From an uncultured Alphaproteobacteria bacterium (lineage in GTDB: Bacteria; Pseudomonadota; Alphaproteobacteria; HIMB59; GCA-002718135): DNA of 64,000 bases. The position numbers were made by a program, and so were the translations under genes. Under the pieces are notes generated by a model. It ran no database searches and was not told the DNA's origin. It saw only the letters and a program-made list of their open reading frames with translations. The stretch spans positions 151,936-215,935 of the forward strand of contig CACMQB010000002.1 in assembly GCA_902615745.1 (NCBI GenBank), written 5' to 3'. Position 1 is the stretch's first letter. Every line of letters starts with the position of its first letter. Shown in pieces: positions 39,318 through 48,713 of the stretch.

Positions 39318-40352
39318 ATGAAAAATGAATTTATGAATGTGCCAATCTTTTCAGGAGATGGTAAAGTACATTTTGAAGAAAGAAAAATTCCAACGCCTGG
39401 AGATAATCAACTCTTAATTCAAGCAAAAGCAAATTTATTGTGTGGTTCTGACAGAAATCAATTTTACAATGGAAGTCCTCAATGCATTCCAGGCCATGAA
39501 GGAGCAGGAGTTATTGTGGAAAAAGGTAAAAATGCTAAATTTGATATTGGCATGAAAGGCGCTGTGTACTTGTATGATTATTGCCATAAATGTCGAAGTT
39601 GCCAATTAGGTTTAACTAATCAATGTTTACATAAAAACTGTGATTATGGTTTTAACGTTGATGGTGCTTTTTGTGAATATTACCTTGTAAATGATTATGT
39701 TTTTTTTCCAGTTGATGAAAGTGTAGATGTAATCAATGCGACATTGCTTTTAGATGTAATGGGTACTGGTGGTCATGCTACAAAAAGAGCTCAACTAATT
39801 CATAAAGATATCCAATCTGTACTAATAAATGGAGCAGGGCCTATAGGTCTTGGACTTTTAGCGATGAGTAAATTAACTTTTGCAAAAGATTTACCTGTTC
39901 TGATTAATGATGTTAAATCATCTAGATTGCCATTAGCGGAAAAGATGGGCGGCTTACCTATAGACTTATCAAAACAATCTTTAGAAGAGGGAATGGAACA
40001 ACACGGAATTAAAAACCCAGATGTTGCTATTGATGCCACAGGCAAAGCAATAGCCAGAAAAAATGCTCTTCAAGCTTTAGCTAAAAGAGGTGTGCTAGTT
40101 ATGGTTGGTAATGGTGAAGGTTTGGAATTTGAACAATATCCAGATATGGGAGGTCCTGAAAGAAGCATTCTTGGTAGCGAATATTTTTCTTACAATGAGA
40201 TGGAAGCAAATCATGAATTACTTAAAAATAACCAAGAATATTTATCTCAAATAATTACACATCAATATAATATTGAAGATGTTCAAAAATCTTACGAACA
40301 TTTTTTCTCTCCTGAATCTGATGCAGGTAAAATAGCTGTTGTTCATAAATAA
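39318..40352 (+). CDS. zinc-dependent medium-chain dehydrogenase (sorbitol/threonine dehydrogenase-like)
   Basis: Catalytic zinc residues CGSD...GHEGAG, structural zinc CHKCRSCQLGLTNQC, and NGAGPIGLG. Confidence 0.8.
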   Translation: MKNEFMNVPIFSGDGKVHFEERKIPTPGDNQLLIQAKANLLCGSDRNQFYNGSPQCIPGHEGAGVIVEKGKNAKFDIGMKGAVYLYDYCHKCRSCQLGLTNQCLHKNCDYGFNVDGAFCEYYLVNDYVFFPVDESVDVINATLLLDVMGTGGHATKRAQLIHKDIQSVLINGAGPIGLGLLAMSKLTFAKDLPVLINDVKSSRLPLAEKMGGLPIDLSKQSLEEGMEQHGIKNPDVAIDATGKAIARKNALQALAKRGVLVMVGNGEGLEFEQYPDMGGPERSILGSEYFSYNEMEANHELLKNNQEYLSQIITHQYNIEDVQKSYEHFFSPESDAGKIAVVHK

Positions 40353-40355
40353 TTT

Positions 40356-41336
40356 ATGAAAAAGATAAAAGTTGCACTTATTGGAACTGGTAATTGGTCT
40401 TTACAACATTGCCGTATTCTTTCACAAAGCCCTCAAGTGGAGTTCTGTGGCATTTTAGGAAGAAATAAAGAAAGAACTAAAAACAGAGCCAAACTTTATG
40501 ATGTTCCATATTATACTGATTTCAAAGAACTAATAAAAAATCAAAAACCTGATTTAATAAATATAAGTCTTCCAAATGAGCATCATTACGACATGACAAT
40601 GAAAGTGATTAAATCTAATACTCCTTTATTTGTTGAGAAACCTCTTGTTTTTAAAATGAGTGAAGCAAATAAACTTTTAACTGAAGCTAAAAAAAGAAAT
40701 CTCTTTTTTGGAATTAATTTTAATTGGCATTATTCTACTCCAGTAAAAAAAGCGATTAAAGCTATTAAAAATAATCAGTTAGGAGAAATTAATTTTATTA
40801 CATGGAGATTTGGTGGTGGAGGAGGTGGAAAAAATTTAGATCCTAACGGGAACTTAATTGAAACTCAATGCCATGGATTTGATATGCTTGAATATTTAAA
40901 TGGACCAATAAAATCAGTTCATTCGTTTATGACAGATAAAACAAAAAAAGGTTTTAGTACGATGGTTGTATCAATGAATTTCAAAAACAAATCAATTGGA
41001 AGCTTGCTTGGATCATATGATACATCTTATCAATATCCTAATTCTCATTATGTAGAAATAAATGGTTCAAAGGGAAGAATTTTAATAGAGGATCAGGTAC
41101 AAAAATATACATTTAATAAGAAAGATAGTGAAACCGCTGAAGTGTGGAAAGCAGGATTTTTTAATGATTACGAAAGAGAGTTTTTACGAACATTTGATGA
41201 GCATTATAAAGAAGTAATTAATAATTTTATTAAAGGCAAAAAACCGCCAATACATGCTGAAGCTGGAAAACGAGCTTTAGAACTTGCACTTGCATCAATT
41301 AAATCTTTTAAATTAAAAAAAGTTATAAATATTTAG
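40356..41336 (+). CDS. Gfo/Idh/MocA family oxidoreductase
   Basis: N-terminal KVALIGTGNW Rossmann motif and the LFVEKPL motif. Confidence 0.8.
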   Translation: MKKIKVALIGTGNWSLQHCRILSQSPQVEFCGILGRNKERTKNRAKLYDVPYYTDFKELIKNQKPDLINISLPNEHHYDMTMKVIKSNTPLFVEKPLVFKMSEANKLLTEAKKRNLFFGINFNWHYSTPVKKAIKAIKNNQLGEINFITWRFGGGGGGKNLDPNGNLIETQCHGFDMLEYLNGPIKSVHSFMTDKTKKGFSTMVVSMNFKNKSIGSLLGSYDTSYQYPNSHYVEINGSKGRILIEDQVQKYTFNKKDSETAEVWKAGFFNDYEREFLRTFDEHYKEVINNFIKGKKPPIHAEAGKRALELALASIKSFKLKKVINI

Positions 41337-42133
41337 CGCTGATAAACAATTTTGTTCATCGGATGATCGGCTATTTCTCCAGCTTTTTTTCCACCAAGAA
41401 ATAATTCAGCATCTCCTTTTCTATCTTTTGTATCAAGTTTGCCTACACGAGATCCATCTGCATAGTATGTTACAACCATTGCTTCACGTATTTTGTCTGA
41501 TTTATTTAATCCAGCTCCATGAATAGTCCATCCAAAATGAAAAGTACAATCACCAGCATCTATTGAGTCCAATTCAACAACTTCCAAATTTTTTTCTTCA
41601 ATTATTTTATCATAATGATCTTCTGATTTTTTATTTATTGATATACCCATTAAATCACCCATTGTATGAGAATTTTTTACAAATCGCATAATACCCATAT
41701 CTTTTGTACAATCGATCAAAGGCATCCACATTCCAATATGTAAATTAGTATCTAAGGGCCAAAAAAATTGGTCTTGGTGCCAATATGATTTTGTATCTCC
41801 TGGATGTTTAAAAATTGCTTGTTCATGAAAAATTCGAACAGCATTAACCTTCATTAAATCAGCAGCAATTTTCCCTAAACGTTTTGATAAACAAAATTTT
41901 TCAACACCTTTTGAATCATAGCGAATATTAAGTGCTTGATAAAAAGCACCACCAAATTCTTTATCTTTATTTTTATTTCTTTCTTCTGCTACTTTTTTTA
42001 TTTCATCTCTATATTTAGAAACTTCATTCTTTGATAAAACATTTTTTAAAACTACAAACCCATTTTGCCAAAAAAAATCAATTTTTTCTTTTTCTAAGTT
42101 ATAATAATTGTCGATATCTGGTAATTTTGTCAT
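41333..42133 (-). CDS. phytanoyl-CoA dioxygenase (PhyH) family oxygenase
   Basis: WHQDQFFWPLD (HxD) and distal TIHGAGLN. The convergent 4-nt overlap with the preceding gene involves the two stop ends. Confidence 0.7.
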   Translation of the reverse strand: MTKLPDIDNYYNLEKEKIDFFWQNGFVVLKNVLSKNEVSKYRDEIKKVAEERNKNKDKEFGGAFYQALNIRYDSKGVEKFCLSKRLGKIAADLMKVNAVRIFHEQAIFKHPGDTKSYWHQDQFFWPLDTNLHIGMWMPLIDCTKDMGIMRFVKNSHTMGDLMGISINKKSEDHYDKIIEEKNLEVVELDSIDAGDCTFHFGWTIHGAGLNKSDKIREAMVVTYYADGSRVGKLDTKDRKGDAELFLGGKKAGEIADHPMNKIVYQR

Positions 42134-42279
42134 ATTTTATAAACATTATAATAAAAATTGTTATTAAATAACAATTCAATTAACTTACTGAAAAATAATA
42201 TATTTTTCAATCCGATTACACTTGAAAAAGAATATTAAATGGTATTAAATTTAAATATTAAATAATTTTGGGAGGAATT

Positions 42280-43542
42280 ATGAAAAATAAAATTATTTCT
42301 TTCTTCGCTGGAATAGTAATTTCCATTTACTCATTTGGTGCATCTGCAGTTACTGAAGTTGTTTGGTGGGATTTTCTAGGTGGTGGAGATGGTGTTAGAA
42401 TGAAGCAAATGATTGATAATTTCAATGAAGCTCATCCTGATATCCAAATTAATGCTACAACTTTAGAATGGGGTGTTCCATTTTATACTAAAGTTCAAAC
42501 ATCTGCAGCTGTTGGAGAGCAACCTGATATTATGACTTATCATTTATCAAGATTCCCTCTAGCAGTACCTACTGGAGTGTTAAGACCAATAAGTGCTGAA
42601 GAACTAGCAAGTGTTGGAATTACAGCTGATAGATTTTTTCCTGCTAACTGGGAAGCAGCTAACTTTGGAGGTGCAACGCATGGTGTTCCACTAGATATTC
42701 ATGCTAACGTTATGTATTTTAATGCAGAAGTGTTAGGTGAAGCTGGTTTACTTGATGAAAATGGTCATCCAACATTATTAGATGGTGTAGATAATTTTAT
42801 GAATGGTCTAGCTAAACTAGATGAAATGATGGAATTTCCAATTGGTTTCGCTTCTGATAACGGAGGTATGATTTGGAGATGGTGGTATTCGATCCTTAAC
42901 ATGATGGAAGGAGATTTTGTAGACGGAAGTAGTATTTGTCCTGGAGATAAATGTGAAAAATCTTTACAAATTTTAATCGATCTTGTTGAAAAAGGATATA
43001 TGCCAAGTAACGTCGATTACCAATCTGCAAAAGGTATGTTTATAAGTGGTGAGTCGGCAATTCACATCAACGGCGTATGGGAAGTTCCTACTATGGTTGA
43101 TTTAATGCGAAATAATGAATTAGGTTTCAAATTTGGTGTTGTAGATATGCCTCAAGTTGGTCCTAAAATGGCTACGTGGTCTGATTCGCATGCATTTGCT
43201 ATTCCTCACAGTGATAAAAATCCAATATCCGATGAGAAACTGGAAGCAGTTTTAAAAGTTATGGGTTGGATGAGTGATAATAGTCTCTTCTGGGGAACAG
43301 CTGGTCATATACCTGCAAATACAGAAGTTGTAGATAGTGTATTCTATAAAAATATGCAGCCAAATAGCACTTATGCTAATATTGGTGAAAATATGGTTGT
43401 AGATCCATTCTTACCTATCGCAGGTGTTGCTTCACCAACTTATGATGCTTTTAGTAACTATATTGCTCCGGCAGTTAATGGTGAATTAAGTGCTGAAGAA
43501 GCAATTCAAATGATGAGAGATGATCTTGAAGCTCTAATGTAG
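42280..43542 (+). CDS. ABC sugar transporter substrate-binding protein (second system)
   Basis: RBS gggagg, then MKNKIISFFAGIVISIYSFGASA signal peptide. Family-1 SBP-like sequence. Confidence 0.8.
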   Translation: MKNKIISFFAGIVISIYSFGASAVTEVVWWDFLGGGDGVRMKQMIDNFNEAHPDIQINATTLEWGVPFYTKVQTSAAVGEQPDIMTYHLSRFPLAVPTGVLRPISAEELASVGITADRFFPANWEAANFGGATHGVPLDIHANVMYFNAEVLGEAGLLDENGHPTLLDGVDNFMNGLAKLDEMMEFPIGFASDNGGMIWRWWYSILNMMEGDFVDGSSICPGDKCEKSLQILIDLVEKGYMPSNVDYQSAKGMFISGESAIHINGVWEVPTMVDLMRNNELGFKFGVVDMPQVGPKMATWSDSHAFAIPHSDKNPISDEKLEAVLKVMGWMSDNSLFWGTAGHIPANTEVVDSVFYKNMQPNSTYANIGENMVVDPFLPIAGVASPTYDAFSNYIAPAVNGELSAEEAIQMMRDDLEALM

Positions 43543-43565
43543 AGTTAAGATCTTTTTATAAAACT

Positions 43566-43590
43566 AAGCTGCAGTACTTTACTGCAGCTT
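43566..43590 (+). other. perfect 11-bp stem / 3-nt loop intercistronic hairpin after the SBP gene
   Basis: aagctgcagta-ctt-tactgcagctt, 24 nt after the stop codon. No downstream T-tract, so it may be an RNA-stability or partial-termination element rather than a full terminator. Confidence 0.55.
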
Positions 43591-43601
43591 AAATTTAAAA
43601 T

Positions 43602-44483
43602 ATGAAAAAATATAGTAATTCAAATTTTTGGGGCCTCTTGCTTGCTTTCCCTTTTATATTTTTTTATGTTCTATTTTTACTTTATCCTACAATTTATACT
43701 TTATTATTCAGTTTCACTGACTCTCCTTTAATTGGATGGGGTAAATGGGTAGGTTTAGAAAATTATTTTAAGCTTCTTAATGATAAACTTTTTCTTAAAT
43801 CATTAAAAAATACATTTGTTTTTGTTTTTTGGACAGTTGTGCCAAATACTTTAATTGGTCTGATGTGTGCAATGATGATCAATAGACTTAAAAATCCTTA
43901 TATTGCAGCATTTCTTTTAGCTTGTTTCTTTATACCACACATTTTACCTGTTACGGTAGTAACTCAAGTTTGGTCTTGGATGTTATCTAAACAATACGGA
44001 ATTATTCAAGAATTCTTAGAATTTTTGGGTTATGCAAAAATTGCTTTTTTCAAGAAAAAACAATTTGCAATGCCAGCTGTAGCAATTGTAACAATTTGGT
44101 GGACCGTAGGTTTCAATATTTTATTATTTATTGCTGGTCTAAAATCAATTAATCCAGAAATTTACGAAGCATCTGATTTGGATGGAGCAAATTCTTGGGC
44201 TAAGTTCAGATATATAACTTGGCCTTTAATTTGGCCTATCACAGCTCTTGTTTTAACATTGCAATTAATTTTTCAACTTAAAATTTTTGATCAAATGTAT
44301 TTATTAACTGCAGGCGGTCCGTTTAATTCAACATTAGTTGTTTTACAATTAGTTTACAAACAAGGTTTTCAAATGAATAGAGGAGGTTATGCTTCCGCTA
44401 TAGCTATGGTACTTTTCTTAATAATTATAGTTGTGTCTATAATGCAATATTATGTTTTGAGAGATAAGGAAAAAGATAAATAA
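43602..44483 (+). CDS. ABC sugar transporter permease, MalF/UgpA type (second system)
   Basis: EAA loop YEASDLDGANSWAKFRYITWPLIWP. Confidence 0.85.
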   Translation: MKKYSNSNFWGLLLAFPFIFFYVLFLLYPTIYTLLFSFTDSPLIGWGKWVGLENYFKLLNDKLFLKSLKNTFVFVFWTVVPNTLIGLMCAMMINRLKNPYIAAFLLACFFIPHILPVTVVTQVWSWMLSKQYGIIQEFLEFLGYAKIAFFKKKQFAMPAVAIVTIWWTVGFNILLFIAGLKSINPEIYEASDLDGANSWAKFRYITWPLIWPITALVLTLQLIFQLKIFDQMYLLTAGGPFNSTLVVLQLVYKQGFQMNRGGYASAIAMVLFLIIIVVSIMQYYVLRDKEKDK

Positions 44484-45313
44484 TGACAAAAAAAATTACA
44501 ATATCTTGGACAGTCTTAACAATTCTTTCTTTGATAGTCGCATTAATTTTTATGTTTCCATTATATTGGGCTGCAGTTACTTCACTAAAACAAGAAACTG
44601 AAGTTATAGATCCAAACTGGTCTATTTTTCCAAGAATTTTATCATTAGCAGCATATCTAGATGTATTAACAAAATCTGCAATTGGTACTTGGTATATAAA
44701 TTCAATTGCCACTTCAATTGGCATTACGCTTTTAGTTATTTTGATTAGTATGCCATGTGGTTATGCTTTATCTCAAATTGATTTTGTCGGAAGAAAAATT
44801 ATTCTTTTAGCAGTAGTAGTAAGCATAATGGTTCCTGGAACAGCATTAGTTATTGCTCTATTTGTTCTCATTTCAGATTTTAATATGATCAATACTTGGT
44901 CTGGAGTTATATTACCTCAAGTTCTCTCACCAGTTTGTGTCATAGTTTATAAACAATTTTTTGATCAAGTTCCTAAAGAATTAAGAGAGGCAAGTATCAT
45001 TGATGGAGCAACTGAATTTCAAATTTTAATAAAAGTGTATATGCCCTTAAACTGGGGCATCACAACTGCTTTAGCCTTAGTTACATTTATTGGAGCATGG
45101 AATAATTTCTTTTGGCCTTTTATAATGACAACTAAAGCTGAAATGTTCACTGTTCCTGTAGCAATAACATCTGTTAGTGATGCTTATGGAATATTCTTAG
45201 CGAGAGACATGGCAGTTGCCATTCTTGCCGCTTTACCTGTTACAGCATTTTTCTTAATTTTCCAAAAACGCGTTACTCAAGCAATAATGTTAACTTCTGG
45301 AATTAAAGGTTAG
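44483..45313 (+). CDS. ABC sugar transporter permease, MalG/UgpE type (second system)
   Basis: EAA loop LREASIIDGATEFQILIKVYMPLNWG. 1-nt overlap with the upstream gene. Confidence 0.85.
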   Translation: MTKKITISWTVLTILSLIVALIFMFPLYWAAVTSLKQETEVIDPNWSIFPRILSLAAYLDVLTKSAIGTWYINSIATSIGITLLVILISMPCGYALSQIDFVGRKIILLAVVVSIMVPGTALVIALFVLISDFNMINTWSGVILPQVLSPVCVIVYKQFFDQVPKELREASIIDGATEFQILIKVYMPLNWGITTALALVTFIGAWNNFFWPFIMTTKAEMFTVPVAITSVSDAYGIFLARDMAVAILAALPVTAFFLIFQKRVTQAIMLTSGIKG

Positions 45314-46836
45314 TGATGAAAGCAAATATTACAGCTGTAAAAGATTTTACTATTTCTACTATAGATAAAAGAATTTATGGTTCCTTCTTGGAGCATTTAG
45401 GAAGAGCAATATACGAAGGTATTTATGAACCTGATCATCCAGAAGCTGATGAAAATGGTTTTAGAAAAGATGTAATGAAATTAATCACAGATTTAAATAT
45501 GCCAACGGTAAGATATCCTGGTGGAAATTATATATCATCATTTAACTGGGAAGATTCAATTGGTCCAATAGAAGAGAGACCTACAAGACTTGATCTTGCG
45601 TGGAAGACAAGAGAAACAAATGAGTTTGGGTTAAATGAATTTATTACTTGGTGTAAAAAAACAAATATTGAACCAATGTATGCTATCAATCTTGGAACAC
45701 GCGGTATAGATGCTGCTAGGAACATATTAGAATATTGTAATCATCCAAGTGGTTCTTATTGGAGTGATTTAAGAATTAAGCATGGATATAAGGAGCCACA
45801 TGATATTAAAATGTGGTGTTTAGGAAATGAAATGGATGGTGAGTGGCAAGTTGGTCACAAAACTGCTACTGAATATGGCAGATTGGTCCATGAAGTTGCT
45901 AAATCTATGAGAAAATTTGATTCTTCTTTAGAGTTAATTATTGCTGGGAGTTCAAATGAGGCAATGCCTACTTACCCGGACTGGGAAAGAGAAATATTAG
46001 AACATAGTTATGATTCAATTGATTATATAGCGCTTCATAAATATTGGACTAATTATGAAAAAAATACTAATTCATATTTATCAAGTAGTGTTCCTTTACA
46101 AGAATATATATCAACTGTTGAAGGTACAATTAATTACGTAAAAGCAAAAAAAAGGTCGAAAAAACAAATTAACATAAGTTTTGATGAGTGGAATCCTTGG
46201 TATCACACTAGAGACATGCAAACTCAAAATTATTTAGATAAAAACTTATCTGATTGGCCTAAGGCACCACCTTTGTATGAAGATATGTATAATATATTAG
46301 ATACATTGTTAGTTGGAACAGTTTTAAATACATTCATTAATAATTCTCACATAGTAAAAATTGGTTGTATGGCTCAATTAGTCAACGTAATACCTGCTAT
46401 TTCAACTGTAAAACAAGGTATTAGCTGGCCCCAAAGTATTTATTATCCATTATATTTTGCATCATTGTATGGAAGAGGAGATTCTTTACAACTCAAAGTA
46501 GATTGCCCTAAATATTCTTCAGAAATAGCAGATGATGTTAAGTATATTGATGCTTCTGCTGTTTTGAATAAAGAAAAAAATGAAGTATCTTTTTTTATCG
46601 TTAATAGATCAGAAAATGATAATTGTAACATTGATTTTGATTTAAAAGATTTCAATGTGGATAGTATTATTGATCAACAGATAATTAATAATGAAGATAT
46701 GTATGCAGCTAACACTAAGGACAATCCTCATGTAATTAAACCTAAAGAGACATCTATAGTTAAACTTAAAGATAATAAGTTATCAACTGATATACCTAAA
46801 TTATCATATTTGTTTATTAGATTAAAACTTAATTAA
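45313..46836 (+). CDS. abfA: GH51 alpha-L-arabinofuranosidase
   Basis: IYGSFLEHLGRAIYEGIY, VRYPGGNY and WCLGNEMDG (acid/base Glu), about 500 aa. GTG at 45313 or ATG at 45316. Confidence 0.85.
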   Translation: MMKANITAVKDFTISTIDKRIYGSFLEHLGRAIYEGIYEPDHPEADENGFRKDVMKLITDLNMPTVRYPGGNYISSFNWEDSIGPIEERPTRLDLAWKTRETNEFGLNEFITWCKKTNIEPMYAINLGTRGIDAARNILEYCNHPSGSYWSDLRIKHGYKEPHDIKMWCLGNEMDGEWQVGHKTATEYGRLVHEVAKSMRKFDSSLELIIAGSSNEAMPTYPDWEREILEHSYDSIDYIALHKYWTNYEKNTNSYLSSSVPLQEYISTVEGTINYVKAKKRSKKQINISFDEWNPWYHTRDMQTQNYLDKNLSDWPKAPPLYEDMYNILDTLLVGTVLNTFINNSHIVKIGCMAQLVNVIPAISTVKQGISWPQSIYYPLYFASLYGRGDSLQLKVDCPKYSSEIADDVKYIDASAVLNKEKNEVSFFIVNRSENDNCNIDFDLKDFNVDSIIDQQIINNEDMYAANTKDNPHVIKPKETSIVKLKDNKLSTDIPKLSYLFIRLKLN

Positions 46837-46840
46837 TTTT

Positions 46841-48670
46841 ATGCGAAAAGAACACCCAAGACCTATATTCTACCGTAAAGACTGGTTGAATTTAAATGGT
46901 AAGTGGTCTTGTGAATTTTCAAAAGATATTAAAGGTTTCTCAAAAAAAAAATTAAATAAAAAACAATTTTCAAAAAAAATTAATGTACCTTTTTGTCCTG
47001 AAAGTAAATTATCAGGAATTGGGCATACTGATTTTATTCAAGAGATGTATTATCAAAAATCTTTTGTTATTCCTAAATCATGGAAAAATAAAAAAATACT
47101 TCTACATTTTGGCGGAGTCGACTATCAGACTTCAGTTTTTGTTAATAAAAAGAAAGTTGGGTCAAATATAGGCGGTTCTACACCGTTTAGTTTTGATATT
47201 ACTAATGCAATTGTGGAAAATAAATCTAATGATTTAAAATTACATGTTATAGATAAAAGATGTCAAGGTAGCTTAGGACCTACACCATGGTATTTTGGTG
47301 ACGGTACTTTTGATAATGCTAAATTAATTAAAAAGTGGGTTCTTAATAAAAAAAGAATACAACCAAGAGGGAAGCAGTCACCTCATCAACATTCTTGGGG
47401 ATGTTATTATACCAGAACTACAGGAATATGGCAGACCGTTTGGTTGGAAGCTGTAAATAAAGACAATATTAAGAATATAACAATTCAGTCAAATTTTAAA
47501 TCATCAAGTTTTATTTTTATTCCGGAATACTCAAGAAATTTATCTTGTAATTTAAAAATTGATGTTACTTTTAATAATAAAAAAATAATTTCAACAATTC
47601 AACCAACTTCTAGTAAAAAATTTTCTATCAAAATTTCTAAACCTAAGTTGTGGTCTATTGGTAAACCAAATCTTTATAATTTCACATTTACATTATTAAA
47701 TAAAGATAAAAAAATTCTTGATGTCGTTGAAAGTTATGGAGGGATGCGATCTATAGAAATAAAAAGAAATAAAATTTATCTAAATGGAAAACCTCTTTAT
47801 CAAAGACTTGTTTTAGATCAAGGCTTCTATCCAAAGGGTATCTGGACTGCACCATCAGATAAAGATTTAAAAAATGATATTGTATTATCAATGAAAGCTG
47901 GATTTAATGGTGCCAGATTACATGAAAAAGTATTTGAAGATCGTTTTCATTATTGGGCTGATAAACTTGGTTATTTAACATGGGCGGAGTTTCCTAACTG
48001 GGGATTAAATGAAAATGCTAAAGGTTCAGAGATATCTTTTATGAAAGAGTGGCCTCGTATAGTAAATTATTTAAAAAATCATCCTTCAATTATTACTTGG
48101 ACACCTTTTAATGAAACAAATACACTAGAATGTAATTCTCAACATAAAAGTTTAATGAGAAAGGCTTATAGTATAACAAAAAAACTAGACCCAACAAGGC
48201 CTGTAAATGAAACCAGTGGTTATCAACATCAAAAAACAGATATCTGGACAGTTCATCACTATGAACCAGTTCCTGAAATTTTAAATAAAGCTCTTAATCC
48301 AAAAAAAGGTGTGTACAGAAATTTTCCACAATTTGAAACAAGTTATAAAAATGAGCCTTATATTGTTGATGAATATGGAGGTGTTTGGTGGTTACCAATA
48401 AATTTAAGAAAAAAAATTAAATCTTGGGGACATGGTGACAAAGTAAGGCCCAAAACTATTCAAGAAGTTTACGAAAGAATGGAAAAACTTACCGAGGTAG
48501 TTTTAAAAACAAAACACATACAAGGTTTCTGTTACACTCAACTAACTGATGTTGAACAAGAAACAAATGGTGTTTATCTATATGATAGAACTAATAAATT
48601 TAATGTTAAAAAACTAAGCAATATTTTTAAAGATATGTCTTTAAAACTTAAAAAAGGTTATATTCAATAA
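46841..48670 (+). CDS. GH2-family glycoside hydrolase (specificity unknown)
   Basis: N-terminal sugar-binding pattern (WLNLNGKWSCEF, FGGVDYQTSVFVNKKKVG). TIM-barrel region has GFNGARLHEK and WTPFNET. Confidence 0.65.
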   Translation: MRKEHPRPIFYRKDWLNLNGKWSCEFSKDIKGFSKKKLNKKQFSKKINVPFCPESKLSGIGHTDFIQEMYYQKSFVIPKSWKNKKILLHFGGVDYQTSVFVNKKKVGSNIGGSTPFSFDITNAIVENKSNDLKLHVIDKRCQGSLGPTPWYFGDGTFDNAKLIKKWVLNKKRIQPRGKQSPHQHSWGCYYTRTTGIWQTVWLEAVNKDNIKNITIQSNFKSSSFIFIPEYSRNLSCNLKIDVTFNNKKIISTIQPTSSKKFSIKISKPKLWSIGKPNLYNFTFTLLNKDKKILDVVESYGGMRSIEIKRNKIYLNGKPLYQRLVLDQGFYPKGIWTAPSDKDLKNDIVLSMKAGFNGARLHEKVFEDRFHYWADKLGYLTWAEFPNWGLNENAKGSEISFMKEWPRIVNYLKNHPSIITWTPFNETNTLECNSQHKSLMRKAYSITKKLDPTRPVNETSGYQHQKTDIWTVHHYEPVPEILNKALNPKKGVYRNFPQFETSYKNEPYIVDEYGGVWWLPINLRKKIKSWGHGDKVRPKTIQEVYERMEKLTEVVLKTKHIQGFCYTQLTDVEQETNGVYLYDRTNKFNVKKLSNIFKDMSLKLKKGYIQ

Positions 48671-48713
48671 AATAAGACTTTAATTAACTATAATTTTTTT
48701 CTAAAATATAAAT

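Noticed and set aside
40801-40830. Run of six glycines (RFGGGGGGKNLD) in the Gfo/Idh/MocA oxidoreductase, considered as a possible slippage-prone repeat
   Set aside because: It is encoded by mixed codons (ggt ggt gga gga ggt gga), not a homopolymer. The frame is intact on both sides.
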